Shown in pieces: positions 19,304 to 29,854 of a stretch of 64,000 nucleotides of DNA. Position 1 is the stretch's first letter, and each line of letters begins with the position of its first letter. This stretch comes from Patescibacteria group bacterium (GTDB taxonomy: Bacteria; Patescibacteriota; Minisyncoccia; Phycocordibacterales; Phycocordibacteraceae), in NCBI GenBank assembly GCA_018970425.1, contig JAGWWK010000003.1, positions 10,687-74,686 on the forward strand. Reading direction: 5' to 3'. The position numbers were made by a program, and so were the translations under genes. The notes beneath the pieces are model-generated. The model saw only the letters and a list, made by a program, of their open reading frames with translations. It was not told the DNA's origin and searched no databases.

Positions 19304-21483
19304 GGTGTAATCACGAGAACTGTGCCGTCTCGGATTCCCTGTGATTGTGCCCAGAGTTGTGCCCCTCGTTCCCAGCGCAGGTACTGAGGATCTTCTACAG
19401 GTCTCGTAGGTACAGGTCCTGTCGGATCGGATCTATCTACCCAGTGGAGGATGTCATGCGTATCGCGCGTAACGCGTATGCGTGTAGGACCTGCGTAGTC
19501 AGTTGAAACCGGATTTCCTCCCATATCGATGCGTACCGGGTCATTACCTTGCCATATACCGCGTAGGATAGCTTTACCATCAGTCGGCACTAGTGGTTGA
19601 GGTTCAGGAAACGGAGTGTCTGGGTAACGCTCCAGTGCAGCCCGTACGACCTCATTCCACATCGGCGCTACAATGAAACCCGCTACCTTCTTCTCCATAG
19701 GGGAGTTGTCATTGTTTCCAGCCCACGCACCTACAGCAAGTGTTGGTGTGTAGCCGACAATCCACGCGTCTCGGTAGTCGTTCGTGGTACCTGTTTTTGC
19801 AGCCACATGATGACCAGGAATGCGGAGTGCAGATGTTTGTCCGAATGCAGGTGCTCGAGCATCGTTGTCCGAAAGCATATCAGAGATAGCAAGAGCAACC
19901 GGGGCAGGGAGTACTGTTTCAGATGTCGGACTAGTTTCCATAATTGCGGTTCCTGCACGGTCTTCAATTTTAAGAATGCCGCGGTACGGTGTACGCACAC
20001 CTTCGTTCGCAAACACGCCATACGCTGACGTAAGCTCGAGTAGCTTGACTTCACCGCCACCAAGAACAAGTGTAAGACCGTACCGCTCTGGGTCCGTAAG
20101 TGTAGTAATACCCATCTGGCGCGCGAGCGCCAATGCATCGGAGAGTCCGACGAGGTACAGTACTTTGAGCGCAACAATGTTTATTGACTGTGCGAGCGCA
20201 TCTTTAAAGCTCATTGGCCCGTGATACTTTTGGTCGTAGTTTTGCGGGTAGTAGCAGGGAGCAGCATCTGATGTAGAGTCGATGGGACACTCAGTAGAAA
20301 ACTGTGTCGGTGTATCAAATGCGACAGTGTCCGGCCCGTACCCTTTTAAGAATGAGGCCGCGTACACAAATGGCTTAAATGATGATCCTGGCTGTCGCTC
20401 CGCAATAGAAACGTTGACGTTACCGTCTATGTCTTTGTCGAAGTAGTCGCGGCTTCCGACCATAGCGAGGATGTCACCGGTCTGGGGTACGAGCGCGACA
20501 AGCGCTGCGTTGGTCGCATTAAAGTTTTCAGCATTTTCTAGAGCATACCGTTTTACGATGGTCTCAGCTTCTTCCTGAAGCGCGGCATCGAGTGTCGTTA
20601 TAATGCGCCAACTATTTTGCTCAAGTGCCTCTCGGCCGTAGATACGCTCAAGCTCTTCCCGAATAAAAAATACAAAATGTGGCGCTCGGATACCGGACTG
20701 AGTTGGTGGGAGAAACGTAATCACCTCCGCCCGTGCTGCTTGAAGCTCGCTGTCCGTGATGCGTCCAAGCTCATGCATTCGTTCGAGTACATAGTTTTTG
20801 CGGACTTCGAGCGCATCTCGATGGTTACCGTACGGACTATAAAAGGTAGGTGCCTGCGGAAGGGCTGCAAGGTACGCTGCTTCAGCGAATGTTACATCTT
20901 TTGCAGGTTTCCCAAAGTAGAGCTCTGATGCCTCTTCGACGCCGTATACTGAACCGCCGTAGGGTGCCTCGTTGAGGTAGAGCTCAAGAATCTGATCCTT
21001 GGTGAGCGCCTGCTCGAGTCGTATCGCGAGGACCCATTCCTTTAACTTACGCGTTATTGTTCGATCTGATGTGAGAATCACATTCTTAACTACTTGTTGC
21101 GTTATGGTGGATCCGCCTTGGACACCTTGCCCGCGGAGCGGTTGTACAAAGAGTGCGCGGACTATAGCGAGGGGGCGAATTCCTGAGTGTTCGTAAAATG
21201 TTGCATCCTCGATAGCGATAGTAGCGCTTTGAATTTTGGGCGAAATGTCTGAGAGAGGTACCACAGTGCGTGTCACATTGTCCCCGAGATCGTCGAGAAG
21301 CACTGTGCCAGTCCGGTCATAAATCTTTGTCGACTGGACGACCTTACGCTCTTTCAGTGAGCGTATATCAGGAATAGTGATAGTTGAGGCATAGAGACCC
21401 ACGAGTCCACCACCGATCAAGATAAGTGAACCCCCGAGAAGCCAGAGTTCGCGACGCGTTCGCGGCTTGAGATGTCGCCACAT
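19300..21483 (-). CDS. class A penicillin-binding protein (bifunctional glycosyltransferase/transpeptidase, PBP1A family)
   Basis: GT51 motifs 'EDATFYEHSGIRP' and 'GGSTITQQ'. Transpeptidase motifs 'SGSSFKP' (SxxK) and 'KTGTTND' (KTG). N-terminal TM. Confidence 0.85.
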   Translation of the reverse strand: MWRHLKPRTRRELWLLGGSLILIGGGLVGLYASTITIPDIRSLKERKVVQSTKIYDRTGTVLLDDLGDNVTRTVVPLSDISPKIQSATIAIEDATFYEHSGIRPLAIVRALFVQPLRGQGVQGGSTITQQVVKNVILTSDRTITRKLKEWVLAIRLEQALTKDQILELYLNEAPYGGSVYGVEEASELYFGKPAKDVTFAEAAYLAALPQAPTFYSPYGNHRDALEVRKNYVLERMHELGRITDSELQAARAEVITFLPPTQSGIRAPHFVFFIREELERIYGREALEQNSWRIITTLDAALQEEAETIVKRYALENAENFNATNAALVALVPQTGDILAMVGSRDYFDKDIDGNVNVSIAERQPGSSFKPFVYAASFLKGYGPDTVAFDTPTQFSTECPIDSTSDAAPCYYPQNYDQKYHGPMSFKDALAQSINIVALKVLYLVGLSDALALARQMGITTLTDPERYGLTLVLGGGEVKLLELTSAYGVFANEGVRTPYRGILKIEDRAGTAIMETSPTSETVLPAPVALAISDMLSDNDARAPAFGQTSALRIPGHHVAAKTGTTNDYRDAWIVGYTPTLAVGAWAGNNDNSPMEKKVAGFIVAPMWNEVVRAALERYPDTPFPEPQPLVPTDGKAILRGIWQGNDPVRIDMGGNPVSTDYAGPTRIRVTRDTHDILHWVDRSDPTGPVPTRPVEDPQYLRWERGAQLWAQSQGIRDGTVLVITP

Positions 21484-21516
21484 GAAGAAATCGTAGCATA
21501 ATGGTACTGTACGCGT

Positions 21517-22710
21517 ATGTTTTTCAGAAAAGCAACACCTATCCAGACGAGTGAAGAAAAAATTGATCAGCTGTTGTCACGCGGTGTCGATGAAGTGCTT
21601 CCCTCAAAAGAAGCGCTCAAGGCACTCCTCATGTCAGGGAAGCGACTTCGCATAAAGCTCGGTATCGATCCAACAGGATCTCGTTTACACCTCGGGCACA
21701 CTGCACCGTTACTTAAACTCCGCGATTTTCAAGAACTTGGTCACACCATAGTGTTCATAGTAGGTGACTTTACCGCAGTTATTGGCGATACATCAGACAA
21801 AGATGCTGAGCGCCCTATGCTCAGTGATGCGGAAATCAAAAAAAATATGGAAGGCTGGCGCCAGCAAGTTGGACGCAGTATCGACCTTTCACGCGCGCTC
21901 TTTAAGCATAATTCGACATGGCTCAGTAGGCTCACATATCGAGAAATTGGCGTACATGCCGATGCCTTTTCTGTCTCAGATTTTATTGCTCGAGATAACA
22001 TCAAACGCCGACTAGATCAGGGGAAGCGCGTGTCTCTCCGCGAGGTGCTGTATCCGCTTATGCAGGGATACGACTCGGTAGCAGTCCACGCAGATGTAGA
22101 GATTGGTGGTAGCGACCAGCGATTTAACTTGCTTGCGGGGAGGACCCTTCAAGAAAAGCATTCACAGAAGCCCCAGCATGTACTCACGCTCTCTCTCCTA
22201 ACGGATGCAGCAGGAAAGAAGATTAGTAAGACCGGCGGCGCTACCATTTACCTGACTGACGAGCCGAAAGATATGTTTGGAAAGGCTATGGCGATCCCCG
22301 ACGAGCTTGTGCGGCCGTACTGTATATCCATGACGCGATTGCCGCTACACGAGGTTGACCGTGTAGTCGCCGGGCATCCGAAAGAAGCAAAACTCTTTCT
22401 TGCAACCGAACTTGTGCGGATGTACCACGGAGCTGAGGCGGCACGGGTCGCGCGAGAGAACTTTGATCGATCGTTTACGCGCGGTGATGTGCCGGAGAAT
22501 ACAGACGAGGTGCGCGTAGGGGAAGAGGGACTCATGGAGGCTCTTGTTGCACAGAAGCTTATCGAATCGAAAAGCGAGTACCGCCGACTTATCTCGGCAG
22601 GCGCAGTGCGCATCGCCGGTACGGATGAAAAACTCACGGAACGATCCTTGCCGCCGTATGGACAGGTGCTCCGTATTGGTAAGCACCGTTTCGTAAAGAT
22701 TATAAAGTAA
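21517..22710 (+). CDS. tyrS: tyrosyl-tRNA synthetase
   Basis: HIGH 'LHLGH', 'IGDTSDK' (equivalent to IGDPSGK), KMSKS 'KISKT' and a C-terminal S4-like domain. Confidence 0.85.
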   Translation: MFFRKATPIQTSEEKIDQLLSRGVDEVLPSKEALKALLMSGKRLRIKLGIDPTGSRLHLGHTAPLLKLRDFQELGHTIVFIVGDFTAVIGDTSDKDAERPMLSDAEIKKNMEGWRQQVGRSIDLSRALFKHNSTWLSRLTYREIGVHADAFSVSDFIARDNIKRRLDQGKRVSLREVLYPLMQGYDSVAVHADVEIGGSDQRFNLLAGRTLQEKHSQKPQHVLTLSLLTDAAGKKISKTGGATIYLTDEPKDMFGKAMAIPDELVRPYCISMTRLPLHEVDRVVAGHPKEAKLFLATELVRMYHGAEAARVARENFDRSFTRGDVPENTDEVRVGEEGLMEALVAQKLIESKSEYRRLISAGAVRIAGTDEKLTERSLPPYGQVLRIGKHRFVKIIK

Positions 22711-22711
22711 A

Positions 22712-22738
22712 AACCCCCGCGTCGCGGGGGTTTTTCTT
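22712..22738. terminator. rho-independent terminator shared by convergent tyrS and the small ORF downstream of ruvC
   Basis: 'aaacccccgcgtcgcgggggtttttc': a GC hairpin flanked by A/T runs on both sides. Confidence 0.6.
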
Positions 22739-22889
22739 AATAATCCTCGTCAGGATCCGTGTCTGATGCTGAGTCGACCCATTCTTCGGTTTCTTCTTCG
22801 CTTCCATCGCTCATGTCGTCCATTGCCGACATCGCGTCGTCGCTCAGCTCTTCCTCCTCTCCGGTCTTTTTATTATTTTTTCCCGCCAT
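22737..22889 (-). CDS. possible small, highly acidic protein (50 aa, 'MAGKNNKKTGEEEELSDDAMSAMDDMSDGSEEETEEWVDSASDTDPDEDY')
   Basis: An ATG-initiated ORF 21 nt downstream of the ruvC stop on the same strand. Its composition is extremely biased and it falls below the ORF-track size cutoff. Confidence 0.3.
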   Translation of the reverse strand: MAGKNNKKTGEEEELSDDAMSAMDDMSDGSEEETEEWVDSASDTDPDEDY

Positions 22890-22910
22890 ACGCACCAGTT
22901 GTATCAAATC

Positions 22911-23417
22911 TTAGTGCGCGCGCAAGTCCGCGGTGTGTGGATTTCTAGCCGTGTGGCAGATTCCGAGAGCAATCGCATCGTACTCATCGTCGAGCCGTCG
23001 TCGGGTTTCAAGTCGTACGAGGCGGTCAACCATCCGTATGACTGCCTCTTTTGGAGCATTACCAACCCCAGTGACGGCGATTTTTACCTCCTGCGGTGAG
23101 TACTCGGCGATACGAACTCCTTCTGCGCGGGCCGCGACGATTATTGCTCCGCGAGACTCTGCGACAGCAATCGCCGTTCGTTGGTTCTTGTTAAAGAATA
23201 GCGTTTCTATGGCGAGCGTTCTCGGTTGGTGTGCGCGGATTGTCGCGCGGATGTGTTCAAAGACAGCAAGAAGGCGGTCGGGTAAAAGTCCTTTCTGAGG
23301 GGTGTAGCACTCGGAATGTATGAGTGTAGTGCCGCGGAAAATGGCAATGCCGAGGCGGTCGTACCCTGGATCTACCGCAATCGAGATTGGTGCCTCCATC
23401 CCCTGAGGATAGCGCAT
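22911..23417 (-). CDS. ruvC: crossover junction endodeoxyribonuclease RuvC
   Basis: 'ISIAVDPGYDRLGIAIF' is the RuvC N-terminal catalytic-Asp region. Translationally coupled to ruvB upstream. Confidence 0.75.
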   Translation of the reverse strand: MRYPQGMEAPISIAVDPGYDRLGIAIFRGTTLIHSECYTPQKGLLPDRLLAVFEHIRATIRAHQPRTLAIETLFFNKNQRTAIAVAESRGAIIVAARAEGVRIAEYSPQEVKIAVTGVGNAPKEAVIRMVDRLVRLETRRRLDDEYDAIALGICHTARNPHTADLRAH

Positions 23418-24433
23418 CAGGCGGTGTGGGCAATGTGGGCACGAGCTCGCTCAGTCACCATGCGGCCACGCGGCGTTCGCTCAATGAAACCCTCTTGGAG
23501 GAGGTAGGGCTCATAGACGTCTTCTATAGTTTGCTCTTCTTCTGCAGAGGCAGCCGCAAGCGTCTTAAGGCCGACCGGTCCGCCATTAAACTTCTCAATG
23601 AGCGCAGCGAGGATCTTGCGGTCAGAGGGGAGGAGGCCTGCTTCATCTATACCGAGCATGGCGAGCGCGCGCTCACTAACGGCGGCAGTGATCATGGAGC
23701 GGTCAAGTTGGGCAACATCGCGCGCGCGTTTTAACAGGTAGTTTGCGGTGCGGGGCGTCTTCCGCGAGCGTTCGGCTATTTTCTGTACTGCCGCGTCGTC
23801 GATCTCGGTATGTAATATGCCAGCAGAGCGACGGATTATTGTTCCGATTTCCTCAGTGGTGTAAAAGTTTAACTGGAACACTCCGCCGGAAAAGCGCGAA
23901 CGGAGTGGTGAGGAAATGAGGCCGATGCGCGTCGTCGCTCCAATGAGGGTAAACGGCGGCAGCTGTAGTTCAATAGTTCGGGCACTTGGACCCTTGCCGA
24001 TGATGATGTCGAGCTTGCCCGCCTCCATTGCAGGGTAGAGCACCTCTTCCACCGCTTTATTCATACGATGAATCTCGTCGATAAATAAGACTGATCCCGG
24101 CTCAAGGTTAGTTAACACAGCGGCAAGGTCTCCAACGCGCTCAATAACTGGTCCGGCGGTTGACTTAAGCGGAGCACCGAGCTCTTCAGCGATGAGGTGC
24201 GCGAGAGTAGTTTTTCCAAGCCCGGGAGGACCATAGAGGAGTGTGTGCTCAGGGGCGTGTGCACGTTCGCGTGCCGCTGCAAGAAGCACGCGTAAATTTT
24301 GCTTCACATGTTCCTGACCAACATACTCATCCCATCGGTGAGGTCGCAAGGTGTGGTCGAGCTGCGTTTCTCGAGGCGCTTCATCGTTACTTGACATATC
24401 TATTTCCGGATGATACCATACTTTCGCTCCCAT
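23417..24433 (-). CDS. ruvB: Holliday junction branch-migration ATPase RuvB
   Basis: 'LLYGPPGLGKTTLAHLIAEEL' Walker A, 'LFIDEIHR' Walker B; AAA+ RuvB-like throughout. Confidence 0.9.
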   Translation of the reverse strand: MGAKVWYHPEIDMSSNDEAPRETQLDHTLRPHRWDEYVGQEHVKQNLRVLLAAARERAHAPEHTLLYGPPGLGKTTLAHLIAEELGAPLKSTAGPVIERVGDLAAVLTNLEPGSVLFIDEIHRMNKAVEEVLYPAMEAGKLDIIIGKGPSARTIELQLPPFTLIGATTRIGLISSPLRSRFSGGVFQLNFYTTEEIGTIIRRSAGILHTEIDDAAVQKIAERSRKTPRTANYLLKRARDVAQLDRSMITAAVSERALAMLGIDEAGLLPSDRKILAALIEKFNGGPVGLKTLAAASAEEEQTIEDVYEPYLLQEGFIERTPRGRMVTERARAHIAHTA

Positions 24434-24591
24434 AGGGGAGCGTTTTTAGAAACCGTACCCCTTCAAGCGACGCCGTGGCTTTGTGGTAAGGATTCTCCGG
24501 TTAAACACTTCGGTGGGTATACTCGAGATCTCCTCAATCGCATCCCACCTCATGCAAAGCGTCTCTTGAAGTGGTGCGGTTTTTATTTTGT

Positions 24592-26241
24592 TCACTCTAA
24601 AAGGACGACTCGCTCCACCTCCTCGAGCGTAGTAATACCCTTAAGAATCTTTACCGCACCATCCTCATGCATCAGCATAAGTTCTTTCGTCTGTTGATAT
24701 GCGCGAAGCTCGCGTTCAGAGGGTGATGCGCGGAGGAGTGTATCGAGCTCCGCATCCATGACGATTGCTTCAAAGACGCCTATTCTCCCTTTGTATCCCG
24801 TACCGTGACAGATCTCGCAACCGACTGCCTCATACATACTGTAGGGCTCAGGAGGGAGGAGTGTCTTGTCCCGAAGGCCTGCAATGGTTTTCATGAGTCG
24901 TGCCGACGTGTCTCCTAACGGGGTGGGTCGTTTACACGCGTCACAGAGTCGTCGGACAAGGCGCTGTGCCATCGCAACAGAGATTGCGGCACTGAAGACC
25001 TTCGGATCTACACCAAGGTCAATGAGGCGGGGGAATGTGCCCGCGGCGTTGTTTGTGTGAAGTGTGGAAAAGACAAAGTGGCCAGTGAGCGCAGCATCAA
25101 TGGCAGTGCGAGCAACTTCCTCATCACGAATCTCGCCGACCATGATCACGTCAGGGTCCTGACGGAGCGCGGCGCGCAGGCCTTGGAGGAATGTGTAGTT
25201 TTTTTCAACCTGTGTTTGCACTATGCCCTGCACATGGTACTCAATTGGATCTTCGATGGTAATAACTTTTACGTTCGGGGTCGCGATGCGGCGCATACAC
25301 GCGTACAGCGTCGTTGACTTACCACTACCCGTTGGGCCTGTGTTGAGGAGCATGCCGTTCGGTTTTGCGATTTCGCGCTCGATAAGGGCCTTCATGCGTT
25401 CCTCCATACCCAGCGCCTCAAATGGGACCGCGATCGTCTCAGGATTGAGAAGGCGCATAACGATTGACTCGCCATATGCATTGGGAATCACCGACGTACG
25501 AACCTCGATTTCAGCCCCCTTGAGGGCGATGGTAAACCGGCCGTCTTGGGCTTCATCGTGGATATTAAGCTTAAGGCCGGAGAGAAGTTTGACGCGTGAA
25601 AGAAGGAGTGTGTGCGTGTCATGATCAAAGCGGGCAATGTCCTGCAGTACGCCGTCCAGTCGATAGCGTACCCGCACGTCAGCTTGTTCAGGTTCGATGT
25701 GGATGTCCGATGCGTCGAGCGCGAACGCGCCTCCGAGTACCACTTCGGCGATGCGAGAAATGCGATACGCACGTTCGAGCGTCCCAATCTCTGCGATGCG
25801 CGCAGCGATGTCCGCCGCAGTACGGATGGCTGCTATGGTGCGTGAGAGCGCGTCTGCGGAAATATCAATCATTCCTCCCTTGGTTTCTACCGCAAAGGAG
25901 AGATCCTTGTACCGGTTCCACGCCGTTTCAAGTGAAGCGCGCGAGACCATGTAGTCATTCGTTGCATATCCTTTCTTTCCGAGTTCCTCTTTAAGAACCG
26001 TAATTTTTGGGTTTGCAGGTGAGCGCATGGCCAGCGATATCTTTTTCCCGACAATATCGAACGCCGCGACCTCGCTCTCGCGTGCCTGAGCTTCCGGAAT
26101 GATGCGGAGTGCGTCGGAGTTTATGGTGACCCGGCCAAGGTCAATGTATGCGACACCATATTTCTCAGAGAGTATTGAGGCCAAATCTTCCTCCTCGCGG
26201 CGGCGCAGTTCTTCGATATGCAGCTTCTGGTTAATATCCGC
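24592..26241 (-). CDS. pilB: type IV pilus / type II secretion assembly ATPase (PilB/GspE family)
   Basis: Walker A 'NTGPTGSGKSTTLYA'. Tetracysteine zinc motif 'CDACKR...CEICHGTGYKGRIG'. GspE N-terminal domain. Start taken at 'MADINQK'. Confidence 0.85.
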   Translation of the reverse strand, partial: ADINQKLHIEELRRREEEDLASILSEKYGVAYIDLGRVTINSDALRIIPEAQARESEVAAFDIVGKKISLAMRSPANPKITVLKEELGKKGYATNDYMVSRASLETAWNRYKDLSFAVETKGGMIDISADALSRTIAAIRTAADIAARIAEIGTLERAYRISRIAEVVLGGAFALDASDIHIEPEQADVRVRYRLDGVLQDIARFDHDTHTLLLSRVKLLSGLKLNIHDEAQDGRFTIALKGAEIEVRTSVIPNAYGESIVMRLLNPETIAVPFEALGMEERMKALIEREIAKPNGMLLNTGPTGSGKSTTLYACMRRIATPNVKVITIEDPIEYHVQGIVQTQVEKNYTFLQGLRAALRQDPDVIMVGEIRDEEVARTAIDAALTGHFVFSTLHTNNAAGTFPRLIDLGVDPKVFSAAISVAMAQRLVRRLCDACKRPTPLGDTSARLMKTIAGLRDKTLLPPEPYSMYEAVGCEICHGTGYKGRIGVFEAIVMDAELDTLLRASPSERELRAYQQTKELMLMHEDGAVKILKGITTLEEVERVVLLE

Positions 26242-26315
26242 CATCTCTAAAATGGTACCACCTCTCACGCATTGCACTCCTTTCGACAACGGATGGTACG
26301 CGGTACCATTGAGGC

Positions 26316-26738
26316 ATGGATGTCCGGTTAACAGAGCTAGACGCAGCTGCTCGCGACATCATCGCGCGGTTTCCTGCTCAGAGAGGCGAGCGCGCATATG
26401 TACTCGGTTTTTCCGGAGAACTAGGAGCAGGAAAGACAACACTTATTCAGCACATTGCCCGCGCGCTCGGTGTCACTGACGCGGTGACGAGTCCCACCTA
26501 TGTACTAGCGGAGCGGTACCCACTCGCCGGCCAGCCGTTTACTTCGCTCATTCATATTGATGCCTACCGAATCACAGCTGATGAGGCGCACACTATTGGG
26601 TGGGATGCCTATACGAGCGACCCCTCAAATCTGATTCTTGTCGAGTGGCCTGAGCGGCTCGGTCCGCATACGGCTGGAATTCCAATGGTAACCCTCGCTG
26701 TCGTGGATGCTGAAACGAGATCGATCACGTATGCCTAA
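26316..26738 (+). CDS. tsaE: tRNA threonylcarbamoyladenosine biosynthesis protein TsaE
   Basis: 'GELGAGKTTLIQHIARALG' P-loop, typical of YjeE/TsaE; 140 aa. Confidence 0.8.
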   Translation: MDVRLTELDAAARDIIARFPAQRGERAYVLGFSGELGAGKTTLIQHIARALGVTDAVTSPTYVLAERYPLAGQPFTSLIHIDAYRITADEAHTIGWDAYTSDPSNLILVEWPERLGPHTAGIPMVTLAVVDAETRSITYA

Positions 26739-29079
26739 AAAGCGGGAAACGCTAGTACTTCTAGATACGCACGCGATTATTCATCGCGCGTATCACGCAC
26801 TACCATCTTTTACGTCACCTGAGGGAAAGCCTTCAGGGGCGGTGTATGGGCTCATGAGCATGATTATTAAGCTCGTAAAAGATTTGAAACCGGATCACAT
26901 TGTGGCGGCATATGACCTGCCGCAACCAACGCATCGCCACGCGGTCTATGCTGCGTATAAAGGCACGCGTCCTAAAACTGATCCGGAACTATCAGTACAA
27001 ATTGACGCGTCGAGAGAGGCGCTCAGCGCGCTTAACATACCGATCTACGAAGCGCCCGGCTTTGAGGCGGATGACATCATAGGAACCATCGCAGAGACAG
27101 CAAAAAAGCGCTTTGATGTGATCATCGCGTCGGGAGATATGGATACGATGCAGCTCGTCGATGGCACACGGGTGCGTGTGTACACCCTGCGGAAGGGGAT
27201 TGCAGACACAGTGCTCTATGACGAAGATGCGGTACGTGCTCGCTTTGGATTCGGGCCGGAGCATATCCCTGATTTCAAAGGCATTGCGGGCGACACGTCG
27301 GACAATATCATCGGAATTCCAGGTATTGGTGAGAAAGGAGCAACGGAGCTGATCAAGGCATTTGGTTCAATTGCAGAGCTCTACAAAACGTTGGACAGAC
27401 ATCCCGATGCGATTGTTGAGAAAGGACTCGCACCGCGCCTTCAAAAGCTAGTACTCGAACACCGCGATGAGGCCGAGTTCTCCCGCGTGCTCGCATCGAT
27501 TCGTACTGATGCGCCCATAGCGTTTGCAGAACCTGAGGAATCGTTTACTGGCGCGTACGATGCCGCACAAGCGGTAGCGTTCGCGGAGCGGTATGGATTT
27601 CGTTCGCTAGTGCCACGGCTCGCTACGCTCGTTCCTCAGGCGGAGCATGTGCAAGCTCCCGCCGAACCCCTGTCACAGGAGGAGGACGCACTCCTTGCGG
27701 AGTGTAGAGTGATGACGCACGTGCTTTCATCGGAGATGACGAACCCGTCAGTGAGCGATGTCTTGAGTGTAGCCCGCGCAGAGACCATAACCAAGGCGCA
27801 TCGCGCGCTCTCTGAGCGGGTTGATGCTGAGGGTATGCGTTCCGTCTATGAGACGGTGGAGCGTCCGCTCATTCCCGTCATTGAGGCGATGAACTCGTAC
27901 GGTGTTTTAATTGATGCACGGTATCTTCATGAATTGTCGGCCGAGTATCATGCCGAGCTCGATCGGCGAGCGGAGGCGATATTTCATGGGGCAGGTGAGT
28001 CATTCAACATCAACTCACCTAAGCAGCTCGCCGATATTCTCTTTGTAAAGCTAGGGCTCGGCGGTACGAAGCAAAAGAAAACAGCGACAGGTCAGCTCTC
28101 AACTAAAGAGTCGGAGCTTATAAAACTTGCGGAAGAGCACCCAATTGTTGCTGAAATACTTGCATACCGAGAACTATCTAAACTTCTCGGAACGTATATC
28201 GACGCCATACCGCCTCTGCTTGACGCACATGGGCGACTGCATACAACCTTCTCCCAGACGGGTACCGCAACGGGACGCCTCTCAAGCCGTGACCCGAATG
28301 TGCAAAACATTCCGACAAAAACTGAGCTCGGACGGCGCATCAGAGAGGCGTTTGTGGCACCACGCGGCTCGGTGCTCATCACGAGTGACTACTCTCAGAT
28401 TGAACTCAGGCTGGCGGCAATACTCTCCGAAGACGAGAAGCTCATGGACATTTTCGCGCGCGGAGAGGACGTCCACGCAGCAGTCGCGGCTCAGGTCTTC
28501 AATGTCGAGCAGTCAGAGGTGACTAAAGAAATGCGCCGCCGCGCAAAGGTTATAAACTTCGGCATTCTCTACGGAATGGGTGTAACTGCCTTGAGAGAAA
28601 ACTTGGGGACAGATAGGGCGGAAGCGCAAGCCTTTTACACGAAATACTTTGATACATTCACCGGCCTTGCCGCATATCTTGAGCGCACTCGAGAGTCGGC
28701 GCGTCGTTTGGGCTACACGACAACGCTCTTTGGAAGAAAACGACATTTTCCCGGGCTCGCCTCGACACTTCCGTATGTGCAGGCGCAGGCTGAGCGCATG
28801 GCAATCAATGCTCCGTTACAAGGTACGCAGGCCGACATCATTAAGATTGCGATGGTGCGCATACATGATCTGTTTAATCGCTCATACCCGGGGGCGCATA
28901 TCGTACTTCAGATTCATGATGAGCTTATGTTTGAGGTGCCTGAGTCTCTGTGCGACGAGATTGTGGCACGCACAACCGACATCATGGAGCATGTACTGAG
29001 TCCTCAAGAAACAAAAGGAGTACCCATACTCGTACACTCGCAAATTGGAAAGAATTGGGGCGCGATGACTGATGTGTAA
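26731..29079 (+). CDS. polA: DNA polymerase I (5'-3' exonuclease + polymerase domains; no obvious 3'-5' proofreading domain)
   Basis: 5' nuclease 'LVLLDTHAIIHRAYHALP', pol motif A 'DYSQIELRLAA', motif B 'RRRAKVINFGILYG' and motif C 'QIHDELMFEV'. Confidence 0.9.
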   Translation: MPKKRETLVLLDTHAIIHRAYHALPSFTSPEGKPSGAVYGLMSMIIKLVKDLKPDHIVAAYDLPQPTHRHAVYAAYKGTRPKTDPELSVQIDASREALSALNIPIYEAPGFEADDIIGTIAETAKKRFDVIIASGDMDTMQLVDGTRVRVYTLRKGIADTVLYDEDAVRARFGFGPEHIPDFKGIAGDTSDNIIGIPGIGEKGATELIKAFGSIAELYKTLDRHPDAIVEKGLAPRLQKLVLEHRDEAEFSRVLASIRTDAPIAFAEPEESFTGAYDAAQAVAFAERYGFRSLVPRLATLVPQAEHVQAPAEPLSQEEDALLAECRVMTHVLSSEMTNPSVSDVLSVARAETITKAHRALSERVDAEGMRSVYETVERPLIPVIEAMNSYGVLIDARYLHELSAEYHAELDRRAEAIFHGAGESFNINSPKQLADILFVKLGLGGTKQKKTATGQLSTKESELIKLAEEHPIVAEILAYRELSKLLGTYIDAIPPLLDAHGRLHTTFSQTGTATGRLSSRDPNVQNIPTKTELGRRIREAFVAPRGSVLITSDYSQIELRLAAILSEDEKLMDIFARGEDVHAAVAAQVFNVEQSEVTKEMRRRAKVINFGILYGMGVTALRENLGTDRAEAQAFYTKYFDTFTGLAAYLERTRESARRLGYTTTLFGRKRHFPGLASTLPYVQAQAERMAINAPLQGTQADIIKIAMVRIHDLFNRSYPGAHIVLQIHDELMFEVPESLCDEIVARTTDIMEHVLSPQETKGVPILVHSQIGKNWGAMTDV

Positions 29080-29082
29080 CCT

Positions 29083-29775
29083 ATGCTTCTCGTGTATACA
29101 GGATCCGACACCGTACGCGCAAAGGCAGCTGCTCGCGCGGCAGCGCGCGGGCGTGAGGTAGTTAGGATAGGGGAAGGTGAAGAGTCTCTAGTTGCACTGT
29201 CACAGTACTTAGGGCAAGAGGGATTATTTAGTCCGTCCCTCGCCGTAATTGTTGACCGCCCGTTAGAGACGAAAGAGGGTGCGCGCCAGTTTCTCGAGCT
29301 TGCTCCGGCGTGCGCTACTTCGAGCACTCTCGTCATTGCCATCGAGCCGGATCTTGATGCCGCCGCGCAGAAGCAGCTTGCTAATAGCGCGACTATTGAA
29401 ACATTTGATCTGCCTGCTCCCGTGAAAGAGGAGTTGCCATCAAGTTTTACGCTTATTGATGCGCTCCAGGCGGGGGATAGGAAGCGCGCCTGGATACTCT
29501 ATCGGCAACTCATTGATGGCGGTGTAAGTGCGGAAGAGATACATGGCGCGCTCGCCTGGGCGGCTCGCGCGGTCGTCCTTGCGGCACGGACCCCGAACGC
29601 TCTGGCCGCGGGCATGAAGCCGTATCCTTACGGGAAGGCAAAGGCGATAGCTATGCGTATAGGGACGGAAGCAGCTATCGATCGATCTGCATCCCTCATG
29701 AACCTTTACCACGAGGCGCGCCGCGGTGCCGGAACACTTGAATACCTGCTTGAGGCGTACCTCCTCAAAAGATAA
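29083..29775 (+). CDS. holA: DNA polymerase III delta subunit-like protein (short HolA)
   Basis: 'FTLIDALQAGDRKRAWILYRQLIDGGVSAEEIHGALAWAARAV' resembles the HolA central helical domain. Sits downstream of polA. Confidence 0.45.
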   Translation: MLLVYTGSDTVRAKAAARAAARGREVVRIGEGEESLVALSQYLGQEGLFSPSLAVIVDRPLETKEGARQFLELAPACATSSTLVIAIEPDLDAAAQKQLANSATIETFDLPAPVKEELPSSFTLIDALQAGDRKRAWILYRQLIDGGVSAEEIHGALAWAARAVVLAARTPNALAAGMKPYPYGKAKAIAMRIGTEAAIDRSASLMNLYHEARRGAGTLEYLLEAYLLKR

Positions 29776-29854
29776 TCTAACGTACCATCTTGTATTCCAT
29801 TCAGCGCGTCTGCGTTCAGCTGAGGATGCGCCCGCACTACATGACTCTTATTTG

